From assembly GCF_000006765.1 (NCBI RefSeq), contig NC_002516.2: a stretch of DNA of 64,000 nucleotides; one strand, given 5' to 3'. Positions within the stretch are counted from its first letter, which is position 1. The number at the start of each line of letters is the position of its first letter. Of this stretch, positions 33,401 through 43,075 are shown piece by piece. The notes below the pieces were generated by a model that saw only the letters and a list, made by a program, of their open reading frames with translations, was not told the origin of the DNA and did no database searches. This DNA is from Pseudomonas aeruginosa PAO1 (GTDB lineage Bacteria; Pseudomonadota; Gammaproteobacteria; Pseudomonadales; Pseudomonadaceae). Both the position numbers and the translations under genes were made by a program.

Positions 33401-34231
33401 ATGTACCGACTCGACGACCTGCTCCACCTCATGGCGCGCCTGCGCGATCCCGAATTCGGCTGCCCCTGGGATCTCCAGCAGAGCTACGCGACCATCGTCC
33501 CGCACACCCTGGAAGAAGCCTACGAAGTAGCGGACGCCATAGAGCAGGGGGATTTCCCGCAATTGCGCGAGGAACTGGGCGACCTGCTGTTCCAGGTGGT
33601 CTATTACAGCCAGTTGGCTCGCGAAGAGGATCGCTTCGCTTTCGACGAGGTGGTGGACGGCATCACCCGCAAGCTGATCCGTCGACATCCCCACGTATTC
33701 CTCGATGGCGATCTCTATGGCAAGCCCGATGCGGCGAAGCTGGCCGAAGCGGCAGTCAAGCAGCGCTGGGAAGAACTGAAGGCCGAGGAGCGTGCCGCCA
33801 AGGCCAAGGAGCCGCAGCAGTTGTCGCTGCTGGATGACGTTCCTGTCGCCCTGCCGGCGTTGTCACGGGCGGCGAAGCTGCAGAAGCGCGCGGCGCAGGT
33901 CGGCTTCGACTGGCCGGAAGCGCTGCCGGTGGTGGACAAGGTTCGCGAGGGGCTGGACGAAGTCCTCGAGGCGATGGCAGAGGGTGACGAGGGTGCCGTG
34001 GGCGAGGAGGTTGGCGACCTGCTGTTCGTCGTGGTCAACCTGGCCCGGCATCTCAAGGTCGATCCGGAGGCTGCTCTGCGCCAGGCCAACGGCAAGTTCG
34101 AGCGGCGATTCCGGTTCATCGAGCGGAACCTGCGCGAAGCCGGCCGGAAAGCCGAAGAGTGTTCGCTGGAGGAACTGGACAGCCTCTGGGGCGAGGCTAA
34201 GAAAGCGGAGAGGAGCGCGCCCGGCTGTTAA
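33401..34231 (+). CDS. mazG: Nucleoside triphosphate pyrophosphohydrolase MazG
   Basis: CPWD, LEEAYEV, EELGDLL tandem domains; second domain reads REGLDE. Confidence 0.94.
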   Translation: MYRLDDLLHLMARLRDPEFGCPWDLQQSYATIVPHTLEEAYEVADAIEQGDFPQLREELGDLLFQVVYYSQLAREEDRFAFDEVVDGITRKLIRRHPHVFLDGDLYGKPDAAKLAEAAVKQRWEELKAEERAAKAKEPQQLSLLDDVPVALPALSRAAKLQKRAAQVGFDWPEALPVVDKVREGLDEVLEAMAEGDEGAVGEEVGDLLFVVVNLARHLKVDPEAALRQANGKFERRFRFIERNLREAGRKAEECSLEELDSLWGEAKKAERSAPGC

Positions 34232-34273
34232 TGGGAAAATTACCGTGGCAGCCGGGCTGCCACGGCATCTGAA

Positions 34274-35212
34274 TCAGCCGAAGATCCAACGATAGAGGAT
34301 GACCAGCAGGATCACCGCCAGCACCGGGCGGAGGATTCGGTAGGCCTTCGGGTAGGCGCGTTTGAAGCGCTTCACCTGGGCGCCGATGGCATTGCCGCCG
34401 CGAATGGCGACCGAGTAGGCCTGGTTGATGCTGCCGACGCGTTCGCCTTCGACGTTCTGCGGTGCGGTCGCACGCCCGAGAATGCCGCTGATCCAGCGAT
34501 TGAGGCGGGTCAGCAGGCGGGAGCGGAGCGGCCGCTCGATATCGCAGAAGAGAATCACCCGGGTCTGCTCGGTCTCGTTCTTCACCCAGTGGACGAAGGT
34601 TTCGTCGAACATCACGTCTTCGCCATCACGCCACGCGTAGGGCTGGCCGTCGACGTAGATGCGGCAGTTGTCCGAATTCGGCGTGGACAGGCCGAGGTGA
34701 TAGCGCAGCGAGCCGCCGAAGGGGTCGCGGTGCGGATTCAGGTGGCTGCCGCCGGGAAGCAGGGTGAACATCGCGCCCTTGACGTTGGGGATGCGGCTCA
34801 CCAGCTCTACGGTCTTCGGGCAGAGCTGCTGGGCGGAGGGCAGCGGGCCGTCGTACCAGGTCAGGTAGAAGCGCTTCCAGCCTTTCTTGAAGAACGAGCC
34901 GAAGCCGGCTTCGTTATTGTTCAGGGCAGCCCGGATATAACCCTCGTCGAACAGGTTGAGGGCTTCTTCGCGGATGGTTTGCCAATTGTTCTTCAGTTCG
35001 TCCAGCTCCGGAAAACGGCTGCGATCCAGATAGGGCTTCGAGGGAACGCTGGAGAACAGGTACATCAGCGAGTTGTAGGGGGCGAACCAGGCGGAGTGGT
35101 TGACCAGTTGGCGCAGGAAGGGCAAGCGCGCGCGCCCACGGAAATGGACGAACAGGACGCTGGCGACGAACAGGCCCACCAGAGTGACTTTTACCAGGAG
35201 AGAAACGCTCAT
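34274..35212 (-). CDS. lpxO2: Lipid A dioxygenase LpxO2
   Basis: N- and C-terminal TMs, HLNPHRD...HWV 2OG-Fe(II) motifs. Confidence 0.9.
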   Translation of the reverse strand: MSVSLLVKVTLVGLFVASVLFVHFRGRARLPFLRQLVNHSAWFAPYNSLMYLFSSVPSKPYLDRSRFPELDELKNNWQTIREEALNLFDEGYIRAALNNNEAGFGSFFKKGWKRFYLTWYDGPLPSAQQLCPKTVELVSRIPNVKGAMFTLLPGGSHLNPHRDPFGGSLRYHLGLSTPNSDNCRIYVDGQPYAWRDGEDVMFDETFVHWVKNETEQTRVILFCDIERPLRSRLLTRLNRWISGILGRATAPQNVEGERVGSINQAYSVAIRGGNAIGAQVKRFKRAYPKAYRILRPVLAVILLVILYRWIFG

Positions 35213-35444
35213 GCCTTGCTTTCCATGCCTTCGATATCAGGGGCCGGGAGGAGTGCCTGCGGGTGCTCGGGACGGTAGGGAGGGGTCTCCAGGGCATGCG
35301 TGGCAGTTTGCGAGCCGCCGAGACTTGCGTTGAGGCGGCTGAGGCTGGAGGATTATACCCCCTGCGAGGGCCGGCTGAACCCCAGTCGGCTGGAAGATTA
35401 TGCCGCACCCCACCGGGCGTGCCACGCGAGCGAGTCGTTGACGA

Positions 35445-35984
35445 ATGAGCATGTCATTGCGTGACCAGTTGCTGAAAGCCGGGCTGGTCAATGAGAAACA
35501 GGCCAAGCAGGCCACCAAGCAGAAACAGAAACAGCAGCGCCTGGAGCACAAGAACCAGGTCGACAAGGACGACTCCCAGCGCCAGGCGGCGGAGCAGGCC
35601 AAGGCGGAAAAGCTGGCGCGCGACCAGGAGTTGAACCGCCAGCAGCAGGAAAAAGCCGAGAAGAAGGCCAAGGCCGCGCAGATCAAGCAACTTATCGAAG
35701 GGACGCGCCTGCCCAAGCTGGAAAGCGACGACTACTACAATTTCGTCGACGCCAAGAAGGTCAAGCGGATCGCGGTCAACGACCTGATCCGCGACAAGCT
35801 GAGCCGAGGCAGCCTGGCTATCGTCAGCTATGACGGACGCTACGAGATCGTGCCCCGGGATGCGGCGGTGAAGATCCAGGAGCGCGATCCGCGGCGGGTG
35901 GTGCTGCTCAACGTACAGAGCCAGGAGCCGGACGAAGACGATCCCTACAAGGACTATGTGGTGCCCGACGATCTCATGTGGTGA
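35445..35984 (+). CDS. DUF2058/YaiL family protein
   Basis: SLRDQLLKAGLV...DDPYKDYVVPDDLMW. Confidence 0.92.
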   Translation: MSMSLRDQLLKAGLVNEKQAKQATKQKQKQQRLEHKNQVDKDDSQRQAAEQAKAEKLARDQELNRQQQEKAEKKAKAAQIKQLIEGTRLPKLESDDYYNFVDAKKVKRIAVNDLIRDKLSRGSLAIVSYDGRYEIVPRDAAVKIQERDPRRVVLLNVQSQEPDEDDPYKDYVVPDDLMW

Positions 35985-36171
35985 GGCCCGCATCCGGAGT
36001 GTCGCTTGACCGGTACGGATGCCGGTCAACTACCAATTCTGGAATGCGAAGCAGTTCTAAAATAACTACCGATGATTTCGTTTCGATAGCATAATGCCTT
36101 TCCTCAGAAATATCCCACGGTTGCCTTTGCGTGCATCTGTGGGCTAGCCGCCTATCGAAAAGGACGTTGGT

Positions 36172-37500
36172 ATGCCTTCCTCACAGCTTCCGGGGGCTTC
36201 GCCCTCGGAGATCGATCTCGTTCAGCTGTTCCAGCAATTGTGGGCGTCGAAATGGCTGATAGCGCTGATCGCGGCCTTGGCGACCGCCGCTGCGCTCGCC
36301 TACGCGCTGTTGGCTGTTCCAACCTACCAGGTGGATGTCCTGTTGCGGCCAATCCAGACCAAGGCCCTGGAGGCTGTCAATGTCAACGGGCTGTATGCCC
36401 TGACTCCGCGGGAAGCGCTGGATCGCGTCGGCAACGAGCTGGCAGCCTACTCCGGCAGGCTGGAGTATTTCGAAGCCCATCCAGAGCTATTCCAGCAATT
36501 GAACGCCGAGGGCTTGTCCCCCGAGCAGGCTTTCTGGAAGTTCAACCAGGATGCCTTCAGCATGCAGCAGGCGGACTTGAAGAAGGACCCCCAGGCGGCG
36601 CCTTTCTTCCGCTTGTCCATGCAGTATCCCCAGGGCATGGATGGTGCCGCCATTCTCAACGGCATGCTCGCGTCGACCATCGAGAACGAGCGTCAGCGAA
36701 TCCTGGACGACCTCCAGGCGCGTATCGACGGTCGCCTGCAATTCCTCGAGCAGGATATCGAAGGCAAGCGTGCCAGTTACCAGGCTACCAAGGAGGGCAA
36801 GATCGCCCGGTTGCTGGAAGCGGACAGCATCCGGCGGGCCGGCCTGGAGGATGAGCTCAAGGCGTTGCGCGGGCGGCTGAAGATGGTGCGCGATTCGCGT
36901 ATCCAGCAGCTCAACGAGGCTATCCAGATCGCCACCCGGCTGGGGATCGTCAAGCCGACGACCCCGGGCGCACTGGGAGAGGTCGGGCAGGATGGCTCGC
37001 GCAGCGTTTTCCGCACCGAGGTGAATAACCAGCAGATACCCCTGTATTTCATGGGTGTCGATGCCTTGACCGCCGAGCGCGATACCTTGCTCAAACGCAA
37101 GGGCGATGACTTCACCGAGCCCCGCGTGGCGAAGATCCAGCAGGAGCTGAAGCAGCTGGAGAACAACCGTGAAGTGCAATACCTGCAGGCTCGAAAGGGC
37201 GAGGAGCGTTTCTTCGAAAACATCGACAAGCTGCGTGGAGAGCAGGCGCGCCTCAAGACTCTGAAGGCGAGCGAGCTGAAGATCGAACTGGTGCGGATCG
37301 ACCAGAAGGCTTCGACCCCTCTGAAACCGATCAAGCCGCGCAAGGCCTTGGTGGTGGCCTTGGGCCTCCTGGGCGGGTTGGTGTTCGGCGTGCTGGTGGC
37401 TCTGGTTCGGGCGATGTTGCGTACCCCTCGGCAACGGGTACAGGAAGATAGCCTGCCGCCGGGAGTCGTCAGCCTCGACCGGAGCCTTTCAGGGACCTGA
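36172..37500 (+). CDS. wzz2: O-antigen chain-length regulator Wzz2 (very long chains)
   Basis: EIDLVQLFQQLW N-terminus, coiled coil, PIKPRKALVVALG..GG C-terminal TM. Confidence 0.9.
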   Translation: MPSSQLPGASPSEIDLVQLFQQLWASKWLIALIAALATAAALAYALLAVPTYQVDVLLRPIQTKALEAVNVNGLYALTPREALDRVGNELAAYSGRLEYFEAHPELFQQLNAEGLSPEQAFWKFNQDAFSMQQADLKKDPQAAPFFRLSMQYPQGMDGAAILNGMLASTIENERQRILDDLQARIDGRLQFLEQDIEGKRASYQATKEGKIARLLEADSIRRAGLEDELKALRGRLKMVRDSRIQQLNEAIQIATRLGIVKPTTPGALGEVGQDGSRSVFRTEVNNQQIPLYFMGVDALTAERDTLLKRKGDDFTEPRVAKIQQELKQLENNREVQYLQARKGEERFFENIDKLRGEQARLKTLKASELKIELVRIDQKASTPLKPIKPRKALVVALGLLGGLVFGVLVALVRAMLRTPRQRVQEDSLPPGVVSLDRSLSGT

Positions 37501-37509
37501 GATCAAAGG

Positions 37510-37536
37510 TGCGCCCCCGAAGTACGCGGGGGCGCA
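37510..37536. terminator. Hairpin between convergent wzz2 and a small ORF
   Basis: TGCGCCCCCG/CGGGGGCGCA 10-bp stem, weak U tails. Confidence 0.6.
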
Positions 37537-37540
37537 TGGT

Positions 37541-37732
37541 TCAGGCCGATTCACCTATCTGCCGCAGTTCTTCTTCTTTCTCCAGCTTGATCCGATAGGC
37601 GTGGGCGTCATCCTCGTTATGGAAGACGCCAACCAGCAGTCCCTGCTGATGCACGTCCCAGCAGCGGCGGCCAAGCGCACGCAGCTCGCGGGATTTGTGG
37701 TCATCGTCACGCTCGGTCACTGTCACACTCAT
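37541..37732 (-). CDS. 63-aa small protein of unknown function
   Basis: ATG with GGAG 7-8 nt upstream, non-overlapping, ends at the hairpin. Confidence 0.65.
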   Translation of the reverse strand: MSVTVTERDDDHKSRELRALGRRCWDVHQQGLLVGVFHNEDDAHAYRIKLEKEEELRQIGESA

Positions 37733-37747
37733 CTTTCTGCTCCAGGG

Positions 37748-37761
37748 TTGATCTGCATCAA
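37748..37761. promoter_or_regulatory. Perfect Anr/Dnr (FNR-type) box
   Basis: TTGATCTGCATCAA = TTGAT-N4-ATCAA. Confidence 0.8.
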
Positions 37762-37824
37762 GGCAAATCCAGCCTATTTCAATAGCAGGCTAATCAAATA
37801 GCCCTGGAATTGAGAAAAACCTTT

Positions 37825-38151
37825 TCAGTTTCCAAGGTGTGAAGATGGCATGCCGGATGCTCTGGAACAGGCCTCTTCCCTCAGGCGTATGCGGCCGAAC
37901 AAGGCCGCTTCCGTGAGGGCGGTAATCGCCAACAGGCGATCCAGGCGCAGCAGCAGAGTCGCTCCTTCGACGGCCACCTCAAGGTATTCCTCCTTGCCGC
38001 CGCCTGGCCGAACGGCCCGGGTATGCGTCGTGCGCGCCTCGGCTTCGAAGCGAACACCGTCCTCGAGTTCGAGGAGCAACCGGTAGCGGTAGAGGCAGGC
38101 GATCTCCAGGTAGTCATGGAGATCGCAGGCGATCGGGCGGTAGCTGTCCAT
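37825..38151 (-). CDS. Rof/YaeO-like Rho-binding antiterminator
   Basis: YRPIACDLHDYLEIAC..LELEDG..KEEYL..LRLDRL resembles Rof. Confidence 0.8.
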   Translation of the reverse strand: MDSYRPIACDLHDYLEIACLYRYRLLLELEDGVRFEAEARTTHTRAVRPGGGKEEYLEVAVEGATLLLRLDRLLAITALTEAALFGRIRLREEACSRASGMPSSHLGN

Positions 38152-38156
38152 TGGCC

Positions 38157-38411
38157 TCAACAGCCTTCCAGGGGAAGGATGTAATGGCCATGGAGCCGAA
38201 TGGCTTCGGCAACCTCTGCTGTCGCAATCTCGCTGTGGCAGTAGCTGCAATGCCCCTGGCTGATATCGGCCTCGTCTATGCCTCTTCCGGCGAGCCAGCG
38301 TCGAGCGAACTCGCCGGCGCGAGCCCCCAGCTCCTCCGTGACCAGGACATCGAAGTGCAGGTAGCGGCCGTCGCGGGTTCGCACATGGGTGTCGAAGATC
38401 TTCACCTCCAT
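38157..38411 (-). CDS. DUF2024 family protein
   Basis: IFDTHVRTRDGRYLHFDVLV ... CSYCHSE. Confidence 0.82.
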   Translation of the reverse strand: MEVKIFDTHVRTRDGRYLHFDVLVTEELGARAGEFARRWLAGRGIDEADISQGHCSYCHSEIATAEVAEAIRLHGHYILPLEGC

Positions 38412-38422
38412 GGCCGTTCTCC

Positions 38423-38656
38423 TTATTTCAGATCGCTGAGCGCCGCACCGAAGTTAAGGTGCAGTACCTGTCCGTCGACAACCAGGGCAGGAACCGACTT
38501 GACCCCGGCCTTTTCCGCCTCGGCGATGCGTGCCGATTGTTCGGCGAGATGGACCACTTCGATGTCCACCTGCTTGCGATCGAGCAATGGCAGCAAGGAA
38601 CGTTCGGCTTCGACACAGATTGCGCAGCCGGCGTGGTAGTAGATGGCTTTGGTCAT
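38423..38656 (-). CDS. Small thioredoxin/glutaredoxin-like protein
   Basis: YHAGCAIC (CxxC), GVKSVPALV (cis-Pro motif). Confidence 0.88.
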   Translation of the reverse strand: MTKAIYYHAGCAICVEAERSLLPLLDRKQVDIEVVHLAEQSARIAEAEKAGVKSVPALVVDGQVLHLNFGAALSDLK

Positions 38657-38677
38657 GCTGATTCTCCTGTGGGAAGT

Positions 38678-38752
38678 TAGTATCGATACGATACGTTTTC
38701 AGCCTAAACAAGGCGCGACCTCTTTGTCAAACATGTTTTTAGTCGATACTAT
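38678..38752. promoter_or_regulatory. Twin operator-like sites and sigma70 promoter between the divergent thioredoxin operon and MarR gene
   Basis: TAGTATCGATACGA (38678-91) and TTTAGTCGATACTA (38738-51) approximate the palindrome TAGTATCGATACTA; TTGTCA-17-TACTAT (38724-52). Confidence 0.7.
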
Positions 38753-38771
38753 ATTGGCAAGGAGGTATCCC

Positions 38772-39332
38772 ATGTCCGCCATCGCCCTTTACGATTATCT
38801 GGAAAGGCTGACCAGCCTGATGCGTGCCTGGTCCCGCGAGCAGCCGCTGGTGGCTGAGCTGCAGCCGGTGCAGTTGAGCGCCTTGCATTACCTGGCGCGT
38901 TGTAATCGCTATTCGGATACTCCGCTGGGCGTGACCGAATACCTCGGCTTGACCAAGGGCACAGTGTCGCAATCGCTCAAGGTGCTGGAAGGGCGGGGGC
39001 TGATCAGCAAGCTGCCGGATGCGCGGGATCGGCGCAGCGTTCATCTGCGGCTGACCGATGCGGGGCGCGCGCTGATCGAGGCGGTGATTCCGCCGCAGTT
39101 CCTCGAGCAGGCCGTCACGGCACTGGGCGAGAAGGGCGAACACTTGCAAGGCTTGTTGCGTGATCTTCTGGTCGTCATCCAGCGTCAGGAGGATGTGCCT
39201 GGTTTCGGCCTTTGTCGGTCCTGCCGGTTCCATCAACGGCGTGCGGGTTCGCCCTTCTGCGGTCTAACCGGGGAGCCGTTGAGCGATGCCGATGCCGAAC
39301 TGATCTGCCGCGAGCACCAGGCCTGCGGCTGA
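38772..39332 (+). CDS. MarR-family regulator with Cys-rich C-terminal extension
   Basis: LTKGTVSQSLKVLEGRGLI..DRRSVHLRLT; C-x2-C-x11-C-x15-C-x2-H. Confidence 0.9.
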   Translation: MSAIALYDYLERLTSLMRAWSREQPLVAELQPVQLSALHYLARCNRYSDTPLGVTEYLGLTKGTVSQSLKVLEGRGLISKLPDARDRRSVHLRLTDAGRALIEAVIPPQFLEQAVTALGEKGEHLQGLLRDLLVVIQRQEDVPGFGLCRSCRFHQRRAGSPFCGLTGEPLSDADAELICREHQACG

Positions 39333-39341
39333 TCCGCGGGC

Positions 39342-39371
39342 AATAAAAAACCGGGCAATGGCCCGGCTTTT
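39342..39371. terminator. Bidirectional terminator
   Basis: A6-CCGGGC-AATG-GCCCGG-CTTTT. Confidence 0.8.
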
Positions 39372-39385
39372 CGTGGGAGGGGGGA

Positions 39386-40102
39386 TCAGCTCTTTTCGCC
39401 AGTGACGGTCTTGCCGTCGATGGTGCCTTCCTTGAGCATGATCTGGTATTCCTTGCCGTCGGTTTCCATCTGGTACAGGCGGACCAGCAGGTAGTCCCAG
39501 TCCTTGGCGAACCAGAGGATGGTCTTGCGGTTGCTCTTGCCCGGATCACGCACGCGCTCGACCTTGATCGCGTTGATCAGGCCGGCCTGGGTGCGTACCT
39601 TTTCCTCGCCGAGAACCCGGAAGTCGTAGGTATCGACATCCTCGCCCTCGATGATCTGGTAGCTCATGCTCTTCTTGCCGTCGGCAACGTCATGCTGCAG
39701 GACCAGTTGATAGGTGGACTTGTCCAGTTGACCGCGATTCAGGGGTTGCCGCACCGCATCGCCGCGGTCGCTGCCGAGCACCTGCTTCTGCGACCAGTCG
39801 AAGTCCAGCTCGATCTGCTTACCTTTGCCCAGACCCTGGCGGGCGAAGCGGTAGGTCTGCGGCAGGAAGGTGTCGTTCTCGACCTTGAAGGTGCTGACTT
39901 CGTTGAGACTGGCCAGCAGCATGGAGGCCTCGAAGTCCAGTTGCCAGCGGCCGTCGCCGAGAGCCTTCAGGCTGCGGGAGGCATTGCCGCTGATGGGCAT
40001 CTGTTTCCAGTCGGCGGTATAGCTGGCGGTGAACGGCTTCAGCTCGAAGGCATAGGCCGGCAGGGTCAGCAGCGTCAGCAGGAACAGCATGGCTTTACGC
40101 AT
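39386..40102 (-). CDS. DUF3108-family exported protein
   Basis: Signal peptide MRKAMLFLL..AYA; WFAKDWDYLLVRL; AAGGAG RBS. Confidence 0.85.
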   Translation of the reverse strand: MRKAMLFLLTLLTLPAYAFELKPFTASYTADWKQMPISGNASRSLKALGDGRWQLDFEASMLLASLNEVSTFKVENDTFLPQTYRFARQGLGKGKQIELDFDWSQKQVLGSDRGDAVRQPLNRGQLDKSTYQLVLQHDVADGKKSMSYQIIEGEDVDTYDFRVLGEEKVRTQAGLINAIKVERVRDPGKSNRKTILWFAKDWDYLLVRLYQMETDGKEYQIMLKEGTIDGKTVTGEKS

Positions 40103-40763
40103 TGCGAATCTCCTTGGTGCGAATCTGATGGCCGGTGGCAGGCAGGGCCTGGCCATCCAGCAGGGCGCCCTGTTCGCCCAGGCGCAAGCGGCCCTCGGCG
40201 AACCAGCGCATGGCCAGCGGGTAGATCCGGTGTTCTTCCTCGTGAACCCGTCTGGCCAGGCGTTCCGGCGTATCTTGCGACTCTACCGGGATTACTGCCT
40301 GTACGACCAGTGGCCCCCCATCGAGTTCCTCCGTCACGAAGTGCACGCTGCAACCGTGCTCGCGGTCGCCGGCTTCGAGGGCGCGTTGATGGGTATGCAG
40401 CCCTTTGTGGCGCGGCAGCAACGAGGGATGGATATTCAGCAGACGCCCCTGGTAATGGCGAACGAAATCGGCGCTGAGGATGCGCATGAACCCGGCAAGG
40501 ATCACCAGGTGCGGTTCATGGGCATCGATCCGTTGTGCCAGGGCCTCGTCGAAGCTTTCGCGATCGGCATAGGCCTTGTGATCGAGCACCTCGGTCTGGA
40601 TGCCGGCCTGGCGTGCGCGTTCCAGGCCATAGGCGTCCGCGCGGTTGGAGATCACCGCGCGGATCCGGGCCGGCGTGGCGCCGTCCCGGAGGCTGTCGAT
40701 CAGCGCCTGCAGGTTGCTGCCGGAGCCGGAAATCAGCACCACGACATTGCAGAGTTTCGGCAT
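40095..40763 (-). CDS. purN: Phosphoribosylglycinamide formyltransferase
   Basis: VLISGSGSNLQA, LAGFMRIL, NIHPSLLP. Confidence 0.97.
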   Translation of the reverse strand: MPKLCNVVVLISGSGSNLQALIDSLRDGATPARIRAVISNRADAYGLERARQAGIQTEVLDHKAYADRESFDEALAQRIDAHEPHLVILAGFMRILSADFVRHYQGRLLNIHPSLLPRHKGLHTHQRALEAGDREHGCSVHFVTEELDGGPLVVQAVIPVESQDTPERLARRVHEEEHRIYPLAMRWFAEGRLRLGEQGALLDGQALPATGHQIRTKEIRNA

Positions 40764-41824
40764 CAGTGGTTTTTCAGATTGTTCAGGACCACGCGCTCGG
40801 CGTCCGCGCCGCAGGTTTCGATGCGACCGATCTGCCAGGGTTGCTCGCCGGCGGCACGCAGGACTTCCAGGGCTTTCTCGGCGTCGCTCTGGGCCACGCA
40901 GATGACCATGCCGACGCCGCAGTTGAGTACGCGATGCATCTCGGTCTCGTCGACGTTGCCCTGTTCCTGCAGCCAGTCGAATACCGCCGGACGGTTCCAG
41001 CTGGCGACATCGATCACGGCCTGGGCGTTGTCCGGCAGGACGCGCGGGATGTTGTCCAGCAGGCCGCCGCCGGTAATGTGAGCCATGGCCTTGACCGCGC
41101 CGGTCTGCTTGATCAGTTGCAGCAGCGGCTTGACGTAGATGCGGGTCGGCGCCATCAGCAGGTCGGCCAGCGGCTTGCCGTCGAGTTGGACCTGCGCGAT
41201 GTCGGCGCCGGAAACCTCGATGATCTTGCGGATCAGGGAGTAGCCGTTGGAGTGCGGGCCGGAGGAGGGCAGGGCGATAAGCGCGTCGCCGGCCTGGACC
41301 CTGGAGCCGTCGATGATCTCGGCCTTTTCCACGACGCCGACGCAGAAGCCGGCCAGGTCATAGTCTTCGCCTTCGTACATGCCGGGCATTTCGGCGGTCT
41401 CGCCGCCGACCAGGGAACAGCCCGCCAGTTCGCAACCGGCACCGATGCCGGTGACTACGGTGGCGGCGACGTCGACGTTGAGCTTGCCGGTGGCGTAGTA
41501 GTCGAGAAAGAACAGCGGCTCGGCGCCGCAGACCACCAGGTCGTTGACGCACATCGCCACCAGGTCCTGGCCGATGCTGTCGTGCTTGTTCAGGTTGAGC
41601 GCCAGGCGCAGCTTGGTGCCCACCCCGTCGGTGCCGGATACCAGCACCGGCTGCTTGTAGCCGGCCGGGATTTCGCAGAGGGCGCCGAAGCCGCCGAGGC
41701 CGCCCATCACTTCCGGGCGTGCGGTGCGCTTGGCCACGCCTTTGATGCGTTCCACCAGGGCTTCGCCGGCGTCGATGTCCACACCAGCGTCCTTGTAGCT
41801 CAACGAGGGTTGCTTGCTGCTCAT
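40763..41824 (-). CDS. purM: AIR synthetase
   Basis: [30 protein letters not shown]. Confidence 0.97.
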   Translation of the reverse strand: MSSKQPSLSYKDAGVDIDAGEALVERIKGVAKRTARPEVMGGLGGFGALCEIPAGYKQPVLVSGTDGVGTKLRLALNLNKHDSIGQDLVAMCVNDLVVCGAEPLFFLDYYATGKLNVDVAATVVTGIGAGCELAGCSLVGGETAEMPGMYEGEDYDLAGFCVGVVEKAEIIDGSRVQAGDALIALPSSGPHSNGYSLIRKIIEVSGADIAQVQLDGKPLADLLMAPTRIYVKPLLQLIKQTGAVKAMAHITGGGLLDNIPRVLPDNAQAVIDVASWNRPAVFDWLQEQGNVDETEMHRVLNCGVGMVICVAQSDAEKALEVLRAAGEQPWQIGRIETCGADAERVVLNNLKNH

Positions 41825-42037
41825 AAATCCAGGCCTATAGGGGTAATTCGGAGATCGGCCGGCCGCCCAGGCGTGCAACGCTGTTTGCCGGTTTTGAAGG
41901 CGCGCGATTTTATCAGGCTTGCCACGCAGCGGCCATCTCGGTTGCCGCTGGACGGACTGCTGTTTAAGGTATAGGTCCACTTGCGCGGCCTTCACAGCTC
42001 GTCGCCGCCGTTCCCATCCGTTCGTCGAGAGCCCTCC

Positions 42038-43075
42038 ATGCGCATAGCCCGACTCTTCGTTCTCTGTTTTTCCCTGCTAGGCTTGCCCGTCTTCGCGGCA
42101 ACGGTCCCCAATCTCTACCAGGTCCACGAGCCGGTTTCGTCGCAGCAGCCCGGGGAGCGCGATGCCGGACTGGTGCGAGCCCTGCAGACCCTGCTGGTGC
42201 GCCTGACCGGCAATCCGCAGGCGCCGCAGAACCCGGCATTGGCGGGGTACCTGAAGGATCCGCAGCAACTGATCAGCCAGTACGCCTTCGAAAATGGTCC
42301 GCCGCTGGCGCTGGTGGTCGATTTCGATCCGACCGCCACCGGTAATGCGCTGCGGGCCGCCGGCCTGCCGAGCTGGGGCGCCAACCGGCCGGCGGTGCTG
42401 GCCTGGTGGCTGAACGAAAGCGCCGATGGCAGCTCCCTGGTCGGTGACAACCAGGCCTCGGCCGAACCGCTCAAGCGTGCGGCGCAGAACCGCGGCTTGC
42501 CGTTGCGCCTGCCTCTGGCGGATCTCGACGAACAGATCGTCGGTACCCCGGAAAACCTCACCGCCGCCCAACCCGATGCCCTGCGCGCAGCCTCCGAGCG
42601 TTATGCCGCCGATGCCTTGCTGGCAGTGGACGCCAAGGAGGCGGACGGCAAATGGCAGGCGCAATGGCGGCTGTGGATGGGCGATTCGCGAGAGCAAGGC
42701 CAGGCTGAAGGCGCTACGCCCGACGCGTTGGCAGACAGCGTGATGCTGGCCGTCGGCAACCGCCTGTCCACTCGTTTCGTTGCCACGCCGGAAGCGGCGA
42801 CCGGCCTGACCCTCCAGGTCCAGGGCGCGACACTGGCACGCTATGCCGAGTTGCAACGCCTGCTCGATCCGTTCGGCGCGCGTCTGGTAGGCGTGCGGGG
42901 CGATCGCCTCGACTATTCCGTGAAGGCCAGTCCCGAGCAATTGCGTGCCCAACTGGGCCTGGCGCAGTTGCAGGAAATCCCGGCCGACAGCGTACCGCTG
43001 GATGCCTCCGGCCAGCCCGCAGCGCCCAGCGCGGCGGTGCCGTCGTCGACCCAACTGAATTTCCGCTGGCAGTGA
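42038..43075 (+). CDS. DUF2066-domain exported protein
   Basis: Signal peptide; conserved purM-DUF2066-hda context. Confidence 0.85.
   Translation: MRIARLFVLCFSLLGLPVFAATVPNLYQVHEPVSSQQPGERDAGLVRALQTLLVRLTGNPQAPQNPALAGYLKDPQQLISQYAFENGPPLALVVDFDPTATGNALRAAGLPSWGANRPAVLAWWLNESADGSSLVGDNQASAEPLKRAAQNRGLPLRLPLADLDEQIVGTPENLTAAQPDALRAASERYAADALLAVDAKEADGKWQAQWRLWMGDSREQGQAEGATPDALADSVMLAVGNRLSTRFVATPEAATGLTLQVQGATLARYAELQRLLDPFGARLVGVRGDRLDYSVKASPEQLRAQLGLAQLQEIPADSVPLDASGQPAAPSAAVPSSTQLNFRWQ

Noticed and set aside
41872-41890. PurR box upstream of purM
   Set aside because: Poor match and wrong spacing; PurR-type control is not established for this genus.
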